Shown here: one piece after another, positions 17,568 through 28,004 of the stretch
Layout of the letters: each line of letters begins with the position of its first letter
How positions within the stretch are numbered: position 1 is the stretch's first letter
Sequence record: MW021758.1
Direction: 5' to 3' (one strand)
Length of the DNA: 64,000 nucleotides
The notes under the pieces: generated by a model
What the model was told of the DNA's origin: nothing
Databases searched by the model: none
The model's input: only the letters and a program-made list of their open reading frames with translations
Position numbers and translations under genes: made by a program

Positions 17568-20500
17568 ATGGCTAAAAAAGAAAAGGTTGATCTCGGTCGT
17601 GCTAACGAATACGACTTCGAGGAAAGTTGGGGCAATGACCTCAACTATAATGACCTGCAGCCTGACAATAAAAGCAGGGATCGTAACCCGACAATTCGCG
17701 TAGGTAAAACTGTACTTCGCGAAATGGGTAAGAGTACGCTAACGACTACCATGGCGAGGGAAATCCTCAAAGGTGCGTTACCTCCCTCTTTCTCAGTCAC
17801 TTTGGAAAACGCAGACCGTGCGGCGTTAGGTACCAAAGAATTACTGACCGACGTACGAAGAGAAGCAGGGCCTGCTGTACGTGAATTCAAAGCTGCTGCT
17901 CGGTCACTAAACCGATTGTTCCCTAAGAACCCATTCAACAAGCGCTTGGCTAAATGGGGACAGGAGAATAAACAGAACCCTTATTCGCTAAATAACATTA
18001 ACGTAGAAGATGCTGTTGCTTCTCGTGTCTTGGAAGAAGTTTTCGCTAACCAGGAAAACGATCGCTTACAAGATCAAGCGGATAAGACAATTGATCGTCT
18101 CAGTGAACTGAAATATCGTCAAGTAGTTGCGGATAGCCTTTTCGGTATCCAGAACGAACTCAGTAAACAAACCGCGTATACATTCAATGTCCAGCGTGCG
18201 TATCAAAAGAAATCGTTAGAGCTCCGTATTCGTCAGCTCATGGTTTCTCGTGCGACATTGGACGTAGCGCAGAAGTCTGCGATTGAAACGTCTAACCTGT
18301 TACGTGACGTAGTCAAGAACACCGGCTTACCTGAAGTTGTTAAACAACGTCAGAGTGAAGAGTACATGCGTTATGCGCGTGAAGGTGTCTTTGGCAAGAT
18401 CAACCAGACCATTGGTGAGTGGACACGTAACTACCGCACCAACATCACTAACCGTGCTAAGAGCGCGGTATCTCGTCAGATCCAAAACTTCCAATATGGT
18501 TTAGAGACTGCTAACAGCGGTCTGGAAGGGATGGAGATGCAGCGTGAGCTGTTGGAGTCCATGGGTATTGATCCATTGGAATTCGCAGCAGGTGCGGTCG
18601 GTAACCAAGCAGCTCTGCGTGGTGGCCGTTGGTTAGGTCGTCGTGTTCGTAATAACCGTTTCCTTAAAAGGACAGACGGCATATTCCAGCAGGCTAACTA
18701 TCTCTTCAATAACCGTGAACGTCTGCTTTCCGAATACGGTAGTAGCGGTCAATCATACGGCCGTTGGCATTCCCCGGTAACGAATCTCCTGAAAGACGTA
18801 TTGCGTTCAGGGTACCGTGACCAGGGAACCGTAAGAGCAACTGGACTCAATGGACTGAAGGATAGTGCGATCGGCTTTGAAGATCGTAAACTCCGTGCTC
18901 TGGAAGAGATTATTCCAGGCTACCTCTCGCGGATATTACATAGTATCGATGGTATCCGTACTGGAGATAAAAATACTCCTCGTGTCGTTTACAATCAACA
19001 ACGTGGTACATTCACGACATTTAACGAGTCCGTAGAAGACACGCATAATTCTCTCATCGGTAAAGATGAGATCGAACGTCAGCGTCGTACCATGTCTTCT
19101 TTATTGAAGTCGATTGACCCTAACGATTCGTTGAGTCCTCAAGGTAGGGACGCTATTATTCGTGAGCTGATGCGTCGGGGCAGAACCAGTGCTGCGTTCA
19201 ACCCTAACAAGCTCATGAACTTAAACGTTTCCGGTATGTCCGAAGCCGATAAGGATACGTGGCGTAAACTCCTCGTAGAGCGCTACGGGATGACTCAGGG
19301 TAATGATGGTCGTTATTCGACTAACATCTTCTCTGGTCGTAACCAAAACCTTAACCGTGATGCTGGGTTATTCAACTACGGTTCAAACCAAACCGTTGGG
19401 ATTTATAATCGTGCACATGCGTTGGCGAGTACCGGTGGAATCGAAGCATTAATTGCAACAGGCGCAGTTAAGTTCCGTAACGGTCGTTGGGATATCAATC
19501 CTGACTACTACGGTAATCGTACTGATAATGAAGGGGTTGAAAATGGTGAAGGCGGTTTATCAGGATCTCCGTCACAAGCTCCATCTATTTCGTCGTTGCT
19601 TTCTGGAAACACTGGGCCTCTTGGTGCTGCTCGTTTTAGCCAGCTTCGTAATTATCCTGGACCTAGTTCTATTAACTATTCTGCTCGGGTTGACAACAAT
19701 TCGATACTTGACCTCACTCGTCGTCGACAAGCTGAGAAAGGTAACGGGGTAGTTTCTGCCATTGAAGAACAAACGGCTAAGTTGTTGGCTCAGTTGGGTA
19801 TCCAACAAGAGTTCACGCATCACGCTGTAGGTTCGTTGGCTGACAACGTTGAAGCTATCCGGTCTATCATCGCCGCTGGCGGTATGGGTGGTGGTTCAGG
19901 CGGTGGTGGAGAAGGTACGGGCTCCTCTACTTCAAGTGCTGCTCGCGGTCCTTGGTGGAGACGTGCTCTCAGCACAGCATGGCGTGGGCATAAAGCAGTA
20001 TGGAACGCTACTGGATTACCTTTCCGTGCATTCAATGCCGCTCTGCGCAAATCGATCTCTCCTGCTATGGCGGTAGGTCGTACTGCCATGAACGTTCTCA
20101 CCGGTGGATTGACTGGTGTAATTGGTCGTGCTCGTGATCGGTTCAGTGACGTTTACATCCAAGGTGCTCAAGGATTTAAAAAGGTCATCAGTAAGGAAGG
20201 CTTCGGGACTGGTCGGTACATTGATCAGAACTCCGGTAAAGTTATTTCCTCTATTAAGGATATCACCGGTCCGGTATTTGATACCGTTGAGCAAACACAA
20301 GTTCTGAGTGCGGACGATGTCAAACAAGGTCTGTTCAATAAGGACGGTAAACGCCTCTCTGCCAATATCTTTGGTACAGTAGGTAAAGTGGTTGCTGGTA
20401 TCCACAACGCAACAGGTGTTCCTTTCAGGATGGCTACTGGTGTTGCGCGCGGTTTCCTTAATACGGCCAAACGACTGCTGAGCAGAATGCCTGATGTTTA

Positions 20501-23500
20501 CGTAGCAGGTGAGAAGGCTCCCCGGCTTTACAGCTCTAAGCTGAATGCTGGTGAATACTATCAAATCGCTACAGGCAAGATTGTTCGTAGTCCAAGGGAC
20601 ATTGTTGGCGACATCGGTGAGATGGATCCTACTACCCGTCAATTGCGTCCTGTACTGCTCGATAGCGAGATTCGCGAGAAGGGGATTGTAGATCGTTCAG
20701 GTAAACCTATCCGTAGCGGCTACGGTACCGTAGGGGCGTTAATTACCGGCGGTGTTGGTACTGCGTTCCGTATCGGTAAAGATCTCCTGAGTCTTCCATG
20801 GAGAGCGGCTAACGGTGTTGTAAACATGGCAGGTAATGCCCTGGGTGCAATTACTGGCATTGGTCGTCGTGGCGGTAAAGGTACCGATAAACAAACCTTC
20901 TGGCTGAAACGTATCTATCGTCTGTTAGCTAACCAATTCACTGGACAGAATCCGTTGGAAGGGTTGGGTGATAGCGTAGAGGATCTGCGTAGCGGTGGTC
21001 AAGGTGCGCTTTCCAAACTGACCGGTTGGGCACGTAATGTCGGTAAGAACTCTATCGATCGTGCTAATGACATCAGAGAACGTTTAAGTGCTCGTGCAGG
21101 TAGTTGGTTAAACCGTTTGAAAGATAACGGCGGGAAAGCTGCAGACGTAGCCAAAGCTGAGAAGGTTGCTGCTAAGACTGAGGGCGGCTGGTCTAAACTT
21201 ATCTGGATGGCTCTGTCTGGTATCGGTGCTGCTATTGGCGGCATTCGTTCTGGTCTGGGTAAATTCGCAGGTTGGATCAAAGACTTGCCTAAATGGTTGG
21301 CGCTTCGTAAAGGTGCTGATGCTCTAGGTGACATCGGTGATTTGGCAGGCGGTGGTCGTAAAGGCGGTATCCTTCGTCGTGGTGGTCGTCTCTTAGGTAA
21401 GGTTGGTCGTTTGGCTGGTCGCGGTGCATTGGCAGCAGGTCGCTTTGCATTAGGTGGCGCAGGTACAGTTCTCCGTATGGGTGCAGCTGCACTCGGTGGA
21501 TTAGTCTCTGCTCCTGGTCTGGCTATTGCCGCTGCTGTAGCAGGTACAGGTTACCTGATCTATAAAGGTTGGCAGATGTACAGTAACCGCATGACTCCAC
21601 TTCGTGACTATCGCATTGCTCAATATGGTGCCGATGTTAACGATGGTGAATCTCGCGGTAAGATCTTGGCGTTAGAAGAAGCTGTACTCAAGAAAACGAC
21701 GGTCATGCCTAACGGCGGTGTTCGTATTGGCTCTCTTGAGTTCGAGTCTCTCCTCGAGTCGTTCGGTATTGAGTTGCAAAACCAACGTCAGGTCGTAGAG
21801 TGGATGCGTTGGTACAACAAACGCTTTGTTCCGGTGTTCTCTAAGAACCTTACGGTACTCCGTAAGATGGATCCTAAAGCTAAGTTGACTGATGCTGACT
21901 TCCTCGAACCTGGACAACGACCACAGTTCGCAAGGGAAACCTTTATCGAAAGTTCTGGTGAAAACTCACCTTACAACATCTCCGCCTCACCGTTCCCTGG
22001 TAAGCGTTCTGTTGTAGGCTCTGGCTATCCGGCTAAATACCGCGATATCGTTATCGAGAAATATTCCCAGCAAGAGAAGGCGTACCAGTCGAAGAAATCT
22101 GTCGACCAAGCTAAGAGTACGTTTGCGACTAAGCCGATCACTCCTGTTCAGAATGCCCTGCGCAATATGCAACAGCAAGATGACCGTGCCATTAACCCAT
22201 CAACTGATCTGTTCTACAGCCCAGGTGATAAAGTCAGTATTCCTGGCGGTATCACGGGTAACGTCCAGCAAGACGAGATGATCCAAATCTCTAACCGAAT
22301 TGATGACCTCAGTTCTATCCGTGTAAAAACGTATGGTCTTAATCAATTAGTGAAAGAAGACGTCAACTTGCTGCTGGTAATGGAATCCGAGCTGATTAAA
22401 CAGGTTCAGTACAATGCTAAGTTCCAAGCTACCTTCAATGGTGACATGGATAAAACCTTCGCATTGTGGGCACCTCGGTTTGGTATCAACACCGCAGATA
22501 AGGAAGCGAAGACTAACTGGATGACTTGGTTCCAGCATCGTTTCTTACCGGCCTTCTTGAACTTCTGCGCTCAGGCTAAAAAGATTTCTCCACAGACATC
22601 TCCTATTGATTCTTGGAAAACGCTTAAGTCTACTGATCTCTTGAAGATTGCTAACTTCCTGGTTGGCGCTAAGACTGAGTTCAATGGTAATACGTATTCT
22701 GTCTGGCAAGTACTGGCGTCTCCATGGCCAGGTCGTCGGATGAATGCGGATTCCAGTTCCGTGAACGATAACCTCGACTCGTTGAGGGATCAGTCTAAGA
22801 AAGAAGTTTATCAAGAGAAAGTCCGTACCCAGAAAGAGATCGACAAGACTACCTTTGACGGTAAGAAACTTGACGACACTAAGACGGGTCAAGCGATTAA
22901 GATGGCGTTGCAAAACCAGATTGCTGTTTCTGGCAAGTACAGTGGATCCGCTCAAGGTGGTAACACTAACTCGTACTCAACCAGTTACGGTACTACGGGC
23001 ACGTCGTTCGAGAACGCTGGGACTTCAGGTATCTACGGTAATGAGTTGCAACATGGTACAGGTACTGGCGGTAGCGTAAATGACCTTCCTCAGTCCCAGG
23101 GCAGAGGTTGGGCAGAGAACCGCGATCTCATCGTGGCTGCTGCTCGGATGGTAGGTGTGGATGCCGGTGCTCTTGCTGCGATGGTTGCACAGGAGTCGAG
23201 GTTTAACCCGGCTGCCAAAAACCCTAAGTCCAGTGCCGCAGGTTTCGGTCAGTTCATCGACTCGACTTGGAAGGAAATACTCCCTACTCTGGTTAAGAAG
23301 TACGGAGTTAACCCTAACGCTACTCAGATGGATCCTCGTGCTAACATGTTAGCCACAGCTGAGTACATGCGTAAGAACCAAGAAGCTTTAGGTAGCATTG
23401 GTCGTCCATTGACTGCAGAAGACCTCTACGCTGCTCACTTCCTAGGAACGGGCGGTGCACGTAAGATGCTAAGTAAATCTGACGATACGGATATTCGTCA

Positions 23501-24209
23501 GGCGATGACCGACTACGATAAGGTATCTAAGGCTAACCCGGAGATCTTTAACGGTGTTAGAACGGTCGGTGATTTCCGGAGAAGTCTGTCCGGTTATCTG
23601 AACCGTAATGGTGGTCAGTACGTGGATGAAGCTAACGCTCTGTCTAATCGTGCTGCTTCCGAAGCGGGCGATCGTAACGTAGGTGGTACGCCAACTACTC
23701 CGGCTCTCCCTGCTGAAACACCAACTACCCCTGGTGCTACTGCATCAACTCCTACCCCGTTCGATCCTAAAGGTGCCTTGCCTAAAGGTAGTACGTTGGG
23801 TACGCCTAACTTTACCGGTTCTACTGATACGGTTCCAACTATCACTGCACCGAGTACTGTGGCTCCGGAGATTGCTGCAGCGCAAGATCAGCGTAATGAA
23901 AGTCGTGAACTCCAACGCAGCTCTGTCACTCGTAGACAAGAAGTCGTGAGGGAGAAAACGAAGAGTGAGATGAGCTCTGTTGATTTTATGAAGGATTCAC
24001 TCACTTATCAGAAACTGACCAGCGAAAACACCACAGGTATTCTCAATGCTCTCCTTAAGCACTTAAAAGGAAGTAAGACTCAAGGTGAAGACATCCCGGC
24101 TAACTCCAAGAACTCTGATACCGATGATTTACTTCGTCGGACATCGACTTCTGGAGGGATGCCAGAGAAGACTGGCGGTTTGCCGTTCGATACCCGAGTG
24201 ACACGATAG
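17568..24209 (+). CDS. Tail tape measure / ejection protein with C-terminal lytic transglycosylase (phiKZ gp181-like) (2213 aa)
   Basis: Very long Gly/Ala-rich ORF; SLT motifs AQESRFNP, SSAAGFGQFIDSTW, YAAHFLGTGGA near 23170-23460. Confidence 0.9.
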   Translation: MAKKEKVDLGRANEYDFEESWGNDLNYNDLQPDNKSRDRNPTIRVGKTVLREMGKSTLTTTMAREILKGALPPSFSVTLENADRAALGTKELLTDVRREAGPAVREFKAAARSLNRLFPKNPFNKRLAKWGQENKQNPYSLNNINVEDAVASRVLEEVFANQENDRLQDQADKTIDRLSELKYRQVVADSLFGIQNELSKQTAYTFNVQRAYQKKSLELRIRQLMVSRATLDVAQKSAIETSNLLRDVVKNTGLPEVVKQRQSEEYMRYAREGVFGKINQTIGEWTRNYRTNITNRAKSAVSRQIQNFQYGLETANSGLEGMEMQRELLESMGIDPLEFAAGAVGNQAALRGGRWLGRRVRNNRFLKRTDGIFQQANYLFNNRERLLSEYGSSGQSYGRWHSPVTNLLKDVLRSGYRDQGTVRATGLNGLKDSAIGFEDRKLRALEEIIPGYLSRILHSIDGIRTGDKNTPRVVYNQQRGTFTTFNESVEDTHNSLIGKDEIERQRRTMSSLLKSIDPNDSLSPQGRDAIIRELMRRGRTSAAFNPNKLMNLNVSGMSEADKDTWRKLLVERYGMTQGNDGRYSTNIFSGRNQNLNRDAGLFNYGSNQTVGIYNRAHALASTGGIEALIATGAVKFRNGRWDINPDYYGNRTDNEGVENGEGGLSGSPSQAPSISSLLSGNTGPLGAARFSQLRNYPGPSSINYSARVDNNSILDLTRRRQAEKGNGVVSAIEEQTAKLLAQLGIQQEFTHHAVGSLADNVEAIRSIIAAGGMGGGSGGGGEGTGSSTSSAARGPWWRRALSTAWRGHKAVWNATGLPFRAFNAALRKSISPAMAVGRTAMNVLTGGLTGVIGRARDRFSDVYIQGAQGFKKVISKEGFGTGRYIDQNSGKVISSIKDITGPVFDTVEQTQVLSADDVKQGLFNKDGKRLSANIFGTVGKVVAGIHNATGVPFRMATGVARGFLNTAKRLLSRMPDVYVAGEKAPRLYSSKLNAGEYYQIATGKIVRSPRDIVGDIGEMDPTTRQLRPVLLDSEIREKGIVDRSGKPIRSGYGTVGALITGGVGTAFRIGKDLLSLPWRAANGVVNMAGNALGAITGIGRRGGKGTDKQTFWLKRIYRLLANQFTGQNPLEGLGDSVEDLRSGGQGALSKLTGWARNVGKNSIDRANDIRERLSARAGSWLNRLKDNGGKAADVAKAEKVAAKTEGGWSKLIWMALSGIGAAIGGIRSGLGKFAGWIKDLPKWLALRKGADALGDIGDLAGGGRKGGILRRGGRLLGKVGRLAGRGALAAGRFALGGAGTVLRMGAAALGGLVSAPGLAIAAAVAGTGYLIYKGWQMYSNRMTPLRDYRIAQYGADVNDGESRGKILALEEAVLKKTTVMPNGGVRIGSLEFESLLESFGIELQNQRQVVEWMRWYNKRFVPVFSKNLTVLRKMDPKAKLTDADFLEPGQRPQFARETFIESSGENSPYNISASPFPGKRSVVGSGYPAKYRDIVIEKYSQQEKAYQSKKSVDQAKSTFATKPITPVQNALRNMQQQDDRAINPSTDLFYSPGDKVSIPGGITGNVQQDEMIQISNRIDDLSSIRVKTYGLNQLVKEDVNLLLVMESELIKQVQYNAKFQATFNGDMDKTFALWAPRFGINTADKEAKTNWMTWFQHRFLPAFLNFCAQAKKISPQTSPIDSWKTLKSTDLLKIANFLVGAKTEFNGNTYSVWQVLASPWPGRRMNADSSSVNDNLDSLRDQSKKEVYQEKVRTQKEIDKTTFDGKKLDDTKTGQAIKMALQNQIAVSGKYSGSAQGGNTNSYSTSYGTTGTSFENAGTSGIYGNELQHGTGTGGSVNDLPQSQGRGWAENRDLIVAAARMVGVDAGALAAMVAQESRFNPAAKNPKSSAAGFGQFIDSTWKEILPTLVKKYGVNPNATQMDPRANMLATAEYMRKNQEALGSIGRPLTAEDLYAAHFLGTGGARKMLSKSDDTDIRQAMTDYDKVSKANPEIFNGVRTVGDFRRSLSGYLNRNGGQYVDEANALSNRAASEAGDRNVGGTPTTPALPAETPTTPGATASTPTPFDPKGALPKGSTLGTPNFTGSTDTVPTITAPSTVAPEIAAAQDQRNESRELQRSSVTRRQEVVREKTKSEMSSVDFMKDSLTYQKLTSENTTGILNALLKHLKGSKTQGEDIPANSKNSDTDDLLRRTSTSGGMPEKTGGLPFDTRVTR

Positions 24210-24219
24210 TCTAATAATT

Positions 24220-24249
24220 GGGAGAGGGTAACTCCTCTCCCACCTTTTT
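24220..24249 (+). terminator. Stem-loop with short U-tract between tape measure and hub genes
   Basis: gggagagg...cctctccc followed by accttttt. Confidence 0.55.
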
Positions 24250-24264
24250 CATCGAGGACTTAAA

Positions 24265-26433
24265 ATGGCCCAAGTTAATAGCGACGTTATCAGCGATAGC
24301 GATTGGATACGACAGGGATTGTTACTCCCTGAAGGTGCTATCGAAGAGGACGATATGTATTATCGCACATTCACCAGTGCCTATTACAAGTACACCGATA
24401 CAACCATGGGTGGTAACTTTGCCATCAATGCTCCGCCGCAGTATTGTAACCACGGCGACCCGATCCTTAAACGCTATGTGGATATCGGCGAAGGGATGGG
24501 ACACTTCTATTCTGAGAATATCGATGACAACGCAGTGTTGTTACACATGCGCTTCGGTATTCCAATCTTTAACTCCCTGAGCTCGTTCTTCTCGAACTTC
24601 TATAGCTCGGACGATTCTCGACTTGTTCGTACCGGTCGTGGTCAGAGTATTGGTACTTTGATCGGTAAAGCATTGGGGTGGGCATTCTCTGTAAGGTTCG
24701 TTCCGTACATCCTTACTTTCTCAGCACTGAAATGGTTCTCCGGTACAGTTTCGACTAAGTTCTATTACCTGAAGCCTGAAATGGGTTTGTACTGGAAATA
24801 TGTTAACGACTTCGCTAACACCATCGGTACTAACCTGGACATGGTTGCTCAGCCTGCTGACGCATGGCTGCAGTTGGCTAACACCGCTGACCTAAACGGT
24901 ACTGCGGGGATGGCAACTGACCCCGGTACAAGTAGCCTCGAAGCGGCTGCTAAGAACGCTTTCCAAGTAGGTGCAAGGGAACGTCAAGCATACGACGCTA
25001 TGATTCCTCCGGTCTACCGTAGTGAAGGCCTGACAGGTATCGACGTATACGCTGTGGCTTCTCGTGCTCAGGCCTATGCAGATGCTTGGCATAACGCAGT
25101 TAACCAGATTGCTGCTAATAACCAGAGCAACGGTAATGGCGTAGTGGGTGCCATCTATAACTGGATGACATTCGGTGGCGCTAGTGCGACACTGGGTCGA
25201 GCTCGTCGTAAAGAGTACGCAACTACTGAAGATTTCCTGGATGCCTACTTTAAGGAATCCGATGGCCAGCTTCGTCCGGTTGTTACTGTTTCTACTGGCG
25301 GCGCTAGTGGGGACACAACAGCTAACACTGCTGCTCCTACTAGTGGCGGTGAGGCAACTATCGATACTACAGCTCCGGTAACTGCAACTGACGAGAACGG
25401 AAACCCGGTCAATGATCCAGGTATGATGGAATCGTTAGGGAACAGCATTGAGGCAGCTTATGAGTCTGTTAAGGACTACTTCTCAAGCGATACTTTAGAA
25501 CGTGCCTGGGCTACCTTTAAGGCTGCACAGCACGATGGTACGCAGTGGGTGAGTTTCCGTATCGATGGACGTCAATCGGCTAACGAAAGTTTCAGTAACT
25601 CCGTACGTGCTTCCGATTTGGAATCCGCAATCAACTCCACGTCTGAACGTGCTCGCTCCATGCGCTTCAAATTTGCCGACGGTAACTTCTCTGACATTCC
25701 AGGTATTGGGATGATCATGGATACGATGAAGGATATTGTCTCGGGTGTTGCTGACTCCTTGCATATCTCCGGGTTGGGTGTACTGGCAGGTAACGCATTT
25801 GCTGATATCCCTAAACACTACGATACGTCTAGTGCTACGTTTAACCAGATGTCGATTACGATTCCTCTGAGGGCGTGGTGCGCTGACAACGTGGTTCGTT
25901 TCCAGAATGAGATCTTACCACTGGTCATGTTGCTTTGCGGTGTTCTGCCTCGTGCAACGGGTGCTGCTACTTACGGTCAACCATTCATTGGTGAGTTCTA
26001 TTGCCAAGGTCGGTGTTCTATTCCGTTAGGGATGATCACTGCGGTAGATATTACTCGTGCTACGTCTAATATGCCTTGGACTCAGAACGGCGAATACCTG
26101 GGCGTAGATGTTCGATTGACTATTACTGATCTTTCTTCAGTAATGTCGATGCCAATGAACGAGGCGTTCGGTCTGCGTAGTTTCGACCCAACCAACTGGA
26201 GTCGTATGCTCTTCCCTCAGGATTCTTCCTACGGGTCTTATACGAGCGTTCTCTCTAGCCTGGACTTGCAGACTCAGGTCTACATGCTAAGTCGTTTCAA
26301 ACGTAACTGGAACCGTAACCTGGCAGCATTTGATAAGTTCTTCTCGTACAGCAACGTAGTGAACACCATCTTCTCGGGTAACCGAGTAGGGTCTTTGCTT
26401 TCTGCGTTGTCACGAACCGATCGTGGTCTGTAA
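24265..26433 (+). CDS. Baseplate hub / tail initiator protein (phiKZ gp182-like) (722 aa)
   Basis: Directly downstream of the tape measure; GGNFAINAPPQY, FADIPKHYD and C-terminal GMITAVDITRA...W...G...VDVRLTITDL tube-like motif. Confidence 0.75.
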   Translation: MAQVNSDVISDSDWIRQGLLLPEGAIEEDDMYYRTFTSAYYKYTDTTMGGNFAINAPPQYCNHGDPILKRYVDIGEGMGHFYSENIDDNAVLLHMRFGIPIFNSLSSFFSNFYSSDDSRLVRTGRGQSIGTLIGKALGWAFSVRFVPYILTFSALKWFSGTVSTKFYYLKPEMGLYWKYVNDFANTIGTNLDMVAQPADAWLQLANTADLNGTAGMATDPGTSSLEAAAKNAFQVGARERQAYDAMIPPVYRSEGLTGIDVYAVASRAQAYADAWHNAVNQIAANNQSNGNGVVGAIYNWMTFGGASATLGRARRKEYATTEDFLDAYFKESDGQLRPVVTVSTGGASGDTTANTAAPTSGGEATIDTTAPVTATDENGNPVNDPGMMESLGNSIEAAYESVKDYFSSDTLERAWATFKAAQHDGTQWVSFRIDGRQSANESFSNSVRASDLESAINSTSERARSMRFKFADGNFSDIPGIGMIMDTMKDIVSGVADSLHISGLGVLAGNAFADIPKHYDTSSATFNQMSITIPLRAWCADNVVRFQNEILPLVMLLCGVLPRATGAATYGQPFIGEFYCQGRCSIPLGMITAVDITRATSNMPWTQNGEYLGVDVRLTITDLSSVMSMPMNEAFGLRSFDPTNWSRMLFPQDSSYGSYTSVLSSLDLQTQVYMLSRFKRNWNRNLAAFDKFFSYSNVVNTIFSGNRVGSLLSALSRTDRGL

Positions 26434-26476
26434 AAACACAAAAAAAAGAAAGGGCATTGCGCCCTTTCTTTGTGTC
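26434..26476. terminator. Bidirectional terminator
   Basis: aagaaagggc-attgc-gccctttctt flanked by A- and T-tracts between convergent genes. Confidence 0.75.
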
Positions 26477-26482
26477 CCCTTT

Positions 26483-26941
26483 TCAGGAGACACGACCAGC
26501 CCAATCTTTCTTAGGCCAGTGACGCATACGCCAATAGACGGTATGCGCAGATAAACCGAACTTAGCGGCGAATTCAGGAACCGTATAGAGAACACCTTCC
26601 CACTCAACCCGTTTAGAATTACTACGGTGACTGTAAGGACGGTTCTTACTGTACTGTGCGCCTTTAGGTCCGATCCAGATAACGTTCCCTGGTTCGAATG
26701 GACGTTGGTTATCCAGACGAGCTAGTCTGTAGTGATTACTTGGCGGCTCTCCGTTATCCATTAAGAAGATATCGTAGGATTCCAACCAAGGCTTGTGTGT
26801 CTCCTTCGAGAACTTGTCGAGTAACTTACTCCACTCAACGTAAGATGAACGTGCGACTTTATCGTTGAATTTCTCTTGTTGGAGTTTATTGGATTTCTTT
26901 AAAATATCTGCTACGAAACTATTCACGACTCCCCCTATCAA
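26483..26941 (-). CDS. Degenerate HNH-endonuclease-like protein with C-terminal HTH (152 aa)
   Basis: W..SYDIFLMDNGEPP..YRLARLDNQRPFEPGNVIW follows the F..DMG.RP...LDRID..Y.P.NCRW pattern; VEWEGVLYTVPEFAAKFGLSAHTVYWRMR HTH. Confidence 0.65.
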   Translation of the reverse strand: MIGGVVNSFVADILKKSNKLQQEKFNDKVARSSYVEWSKLLDKFSKETHKPWLESYDIFLMDNGEPPSNHYRLARLDNQRPFEPGNVIWIGPKGAQYSKNRPYSHRSNSKRVEWEGVLYTVPEFAAKFGLSAHTVYWRMRHWPKKDWAGRVS

Positions 26942-27333
26942 TGAATGGATGGTTTATAAAGGCCTTCTGGACGAATGGTGAAAAACTTCTCTTCACCGAA
27001 ATAGTCGACGACGTGAATTGTGTCGCCAATGCGGCTGAGTATCTTTAAATAGAAGCACGCCAGTTGAGCATCTTCCCCTGCACCCTGAACGACCTTTTCG
27101 ATAAGGTGTCTGTGGATGTAGTTTACGCAATACTTGGTAGGGAAGTTCTTACGCTCATCAATCCGGAATACGCCACAAATCCCTCCACGATCAGAATCGT
27201 CGCAGACAATGGACGCGACTACATATTCGCACCCTTCCTTGATACTCAACAAAGAATCGATCGGTTTGAACAAGACCTTCTGATCGCCATCTTCCAACGT
27301 GTTATAATGGACAGTGATAACACCTGGTTCCAT
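26938..27333 (-). CDS. Hypothetical protein (131 aa)
   Basis: GGAG RBS; translationally coupled to the downstream HNH-like gene. Confidence 0.65.
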   Translation of the reverse strand: MEPGVITVHYNTLEDGDQKVLFKPIDSLLSIKEGCEYVVASIVCDDSDRGGICGVFRIDERKNFPTKYCVNYIHRHLIEKVVQGAGEDAQLACFYLKILSRIGDTIHVVDYFGEEKFFTIRPEGLYKPSIH

Positions 27334-27345
27334 GACTTTCTCCTT

Positions 27346-27942
27346 TTACTTTTCAATTGCTTCTAAAATTGACAACCCGCGGCGGAGTCTGCCGTAAATA
27401 GTTCCAGTAGAGATATCTAGTCTACGGGAAAGTTGTGCCACCGTTTCATTGGTATCCGGGTGCTTGTGTTTGGTATTGTAGTAAAAGACTTTACGTTTAC
27501 CAGTAGGCATCTTACTCCACTTACAGTTATCCTTGTTGTAAGGTTTATTAGCGTCGATGCGATGCAAGTAATATCCTTTACCTGGCTTCTCGCCTAAATC
27601 TTCTTTGAAGTTTTGGTATTCCAACCAACGAGGATCGACCTGCTCAATACCGTTACCTTCTGCAGCGTTGAAGGTGCGATTATAGATGAGGTTATACCAG
27701 GCAGTCCAAGTATAATCTCCGTTTTTCTTTTTACCTGTGCCCTTATGCTGAGCACGGGCTTTCTCGACCTTCAGACAGCCACATGACTGTTTTCTACCGG
27801 AAACCAAGTTACCGGTGCATGAATAAGTAATAACGCCACAGGAGCAGATACACTTCCATCTGGAGTGTCCTGACATACCTGACAATCCAACTACAGTTAA
27901 ACGACCGTATTGCTTATTAGTTAAATCTTCAAAAGCTTTCAT
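27346..27942 (-). CDS. HNH homing-endonuclease-like protein (198 aa)
   Basis: YGRLTV...WKCICSCG...SGRKQSCGC zinc module; WLEYQNFKEDLGEKP...LHRIDANKPYNKDNCKW; C-terminal HTH TVAQLSRRLDISTGTIYGRLRRG; AGGAG RBS. Confidence 0.8.
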   Translation of the reverse strand: MKAFEDLTNKQYGRLTVVGLSGMSGHSRWKCICSCGVITYSCTGNLVSGRKQSCGCLKVEKARAQHKGTGKKKNGDYTWTAWYNLIYNRTFNAAEGNGIEQVDPRWLEYQNFKEDLGEKPGKGYYLHRIDANKPYNKDNCKWSKMPTGKRKVFYYNTKHKHPDTNETVAQLSRRLDISTGTIYGRLRRGLSILEAIEK

Positions 27943-27975
27943 GAATAACTCCTTTTAGGTAATAACTCGACATAG

Positions 27976-27999
27976 CCCTCCTCCCAAACAGGAGGAGGG
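27976..27999 (-). terminator. Stem-loop after virion protein gene
   Basis: ccctcctcc...ggaggaggg inverted repeat. Confidence 0.5.
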
Positions 28000-28004
28000 A
28001 TCTA

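Noticed and set aside
24218-24580. 120-aa alternative-frame ORF over the hub gene start
   Set aside because: It starts inside a hairpin, has no RBS and no recognisable features, unlike the embedded spanin.
26483-27942. HNH genes as proven partners for collaborative homing of the intron
   Set aside because: They are about 14 kb away, so co-conversion is unlikely, and their active sites look degenerate; kept only as a testable option.
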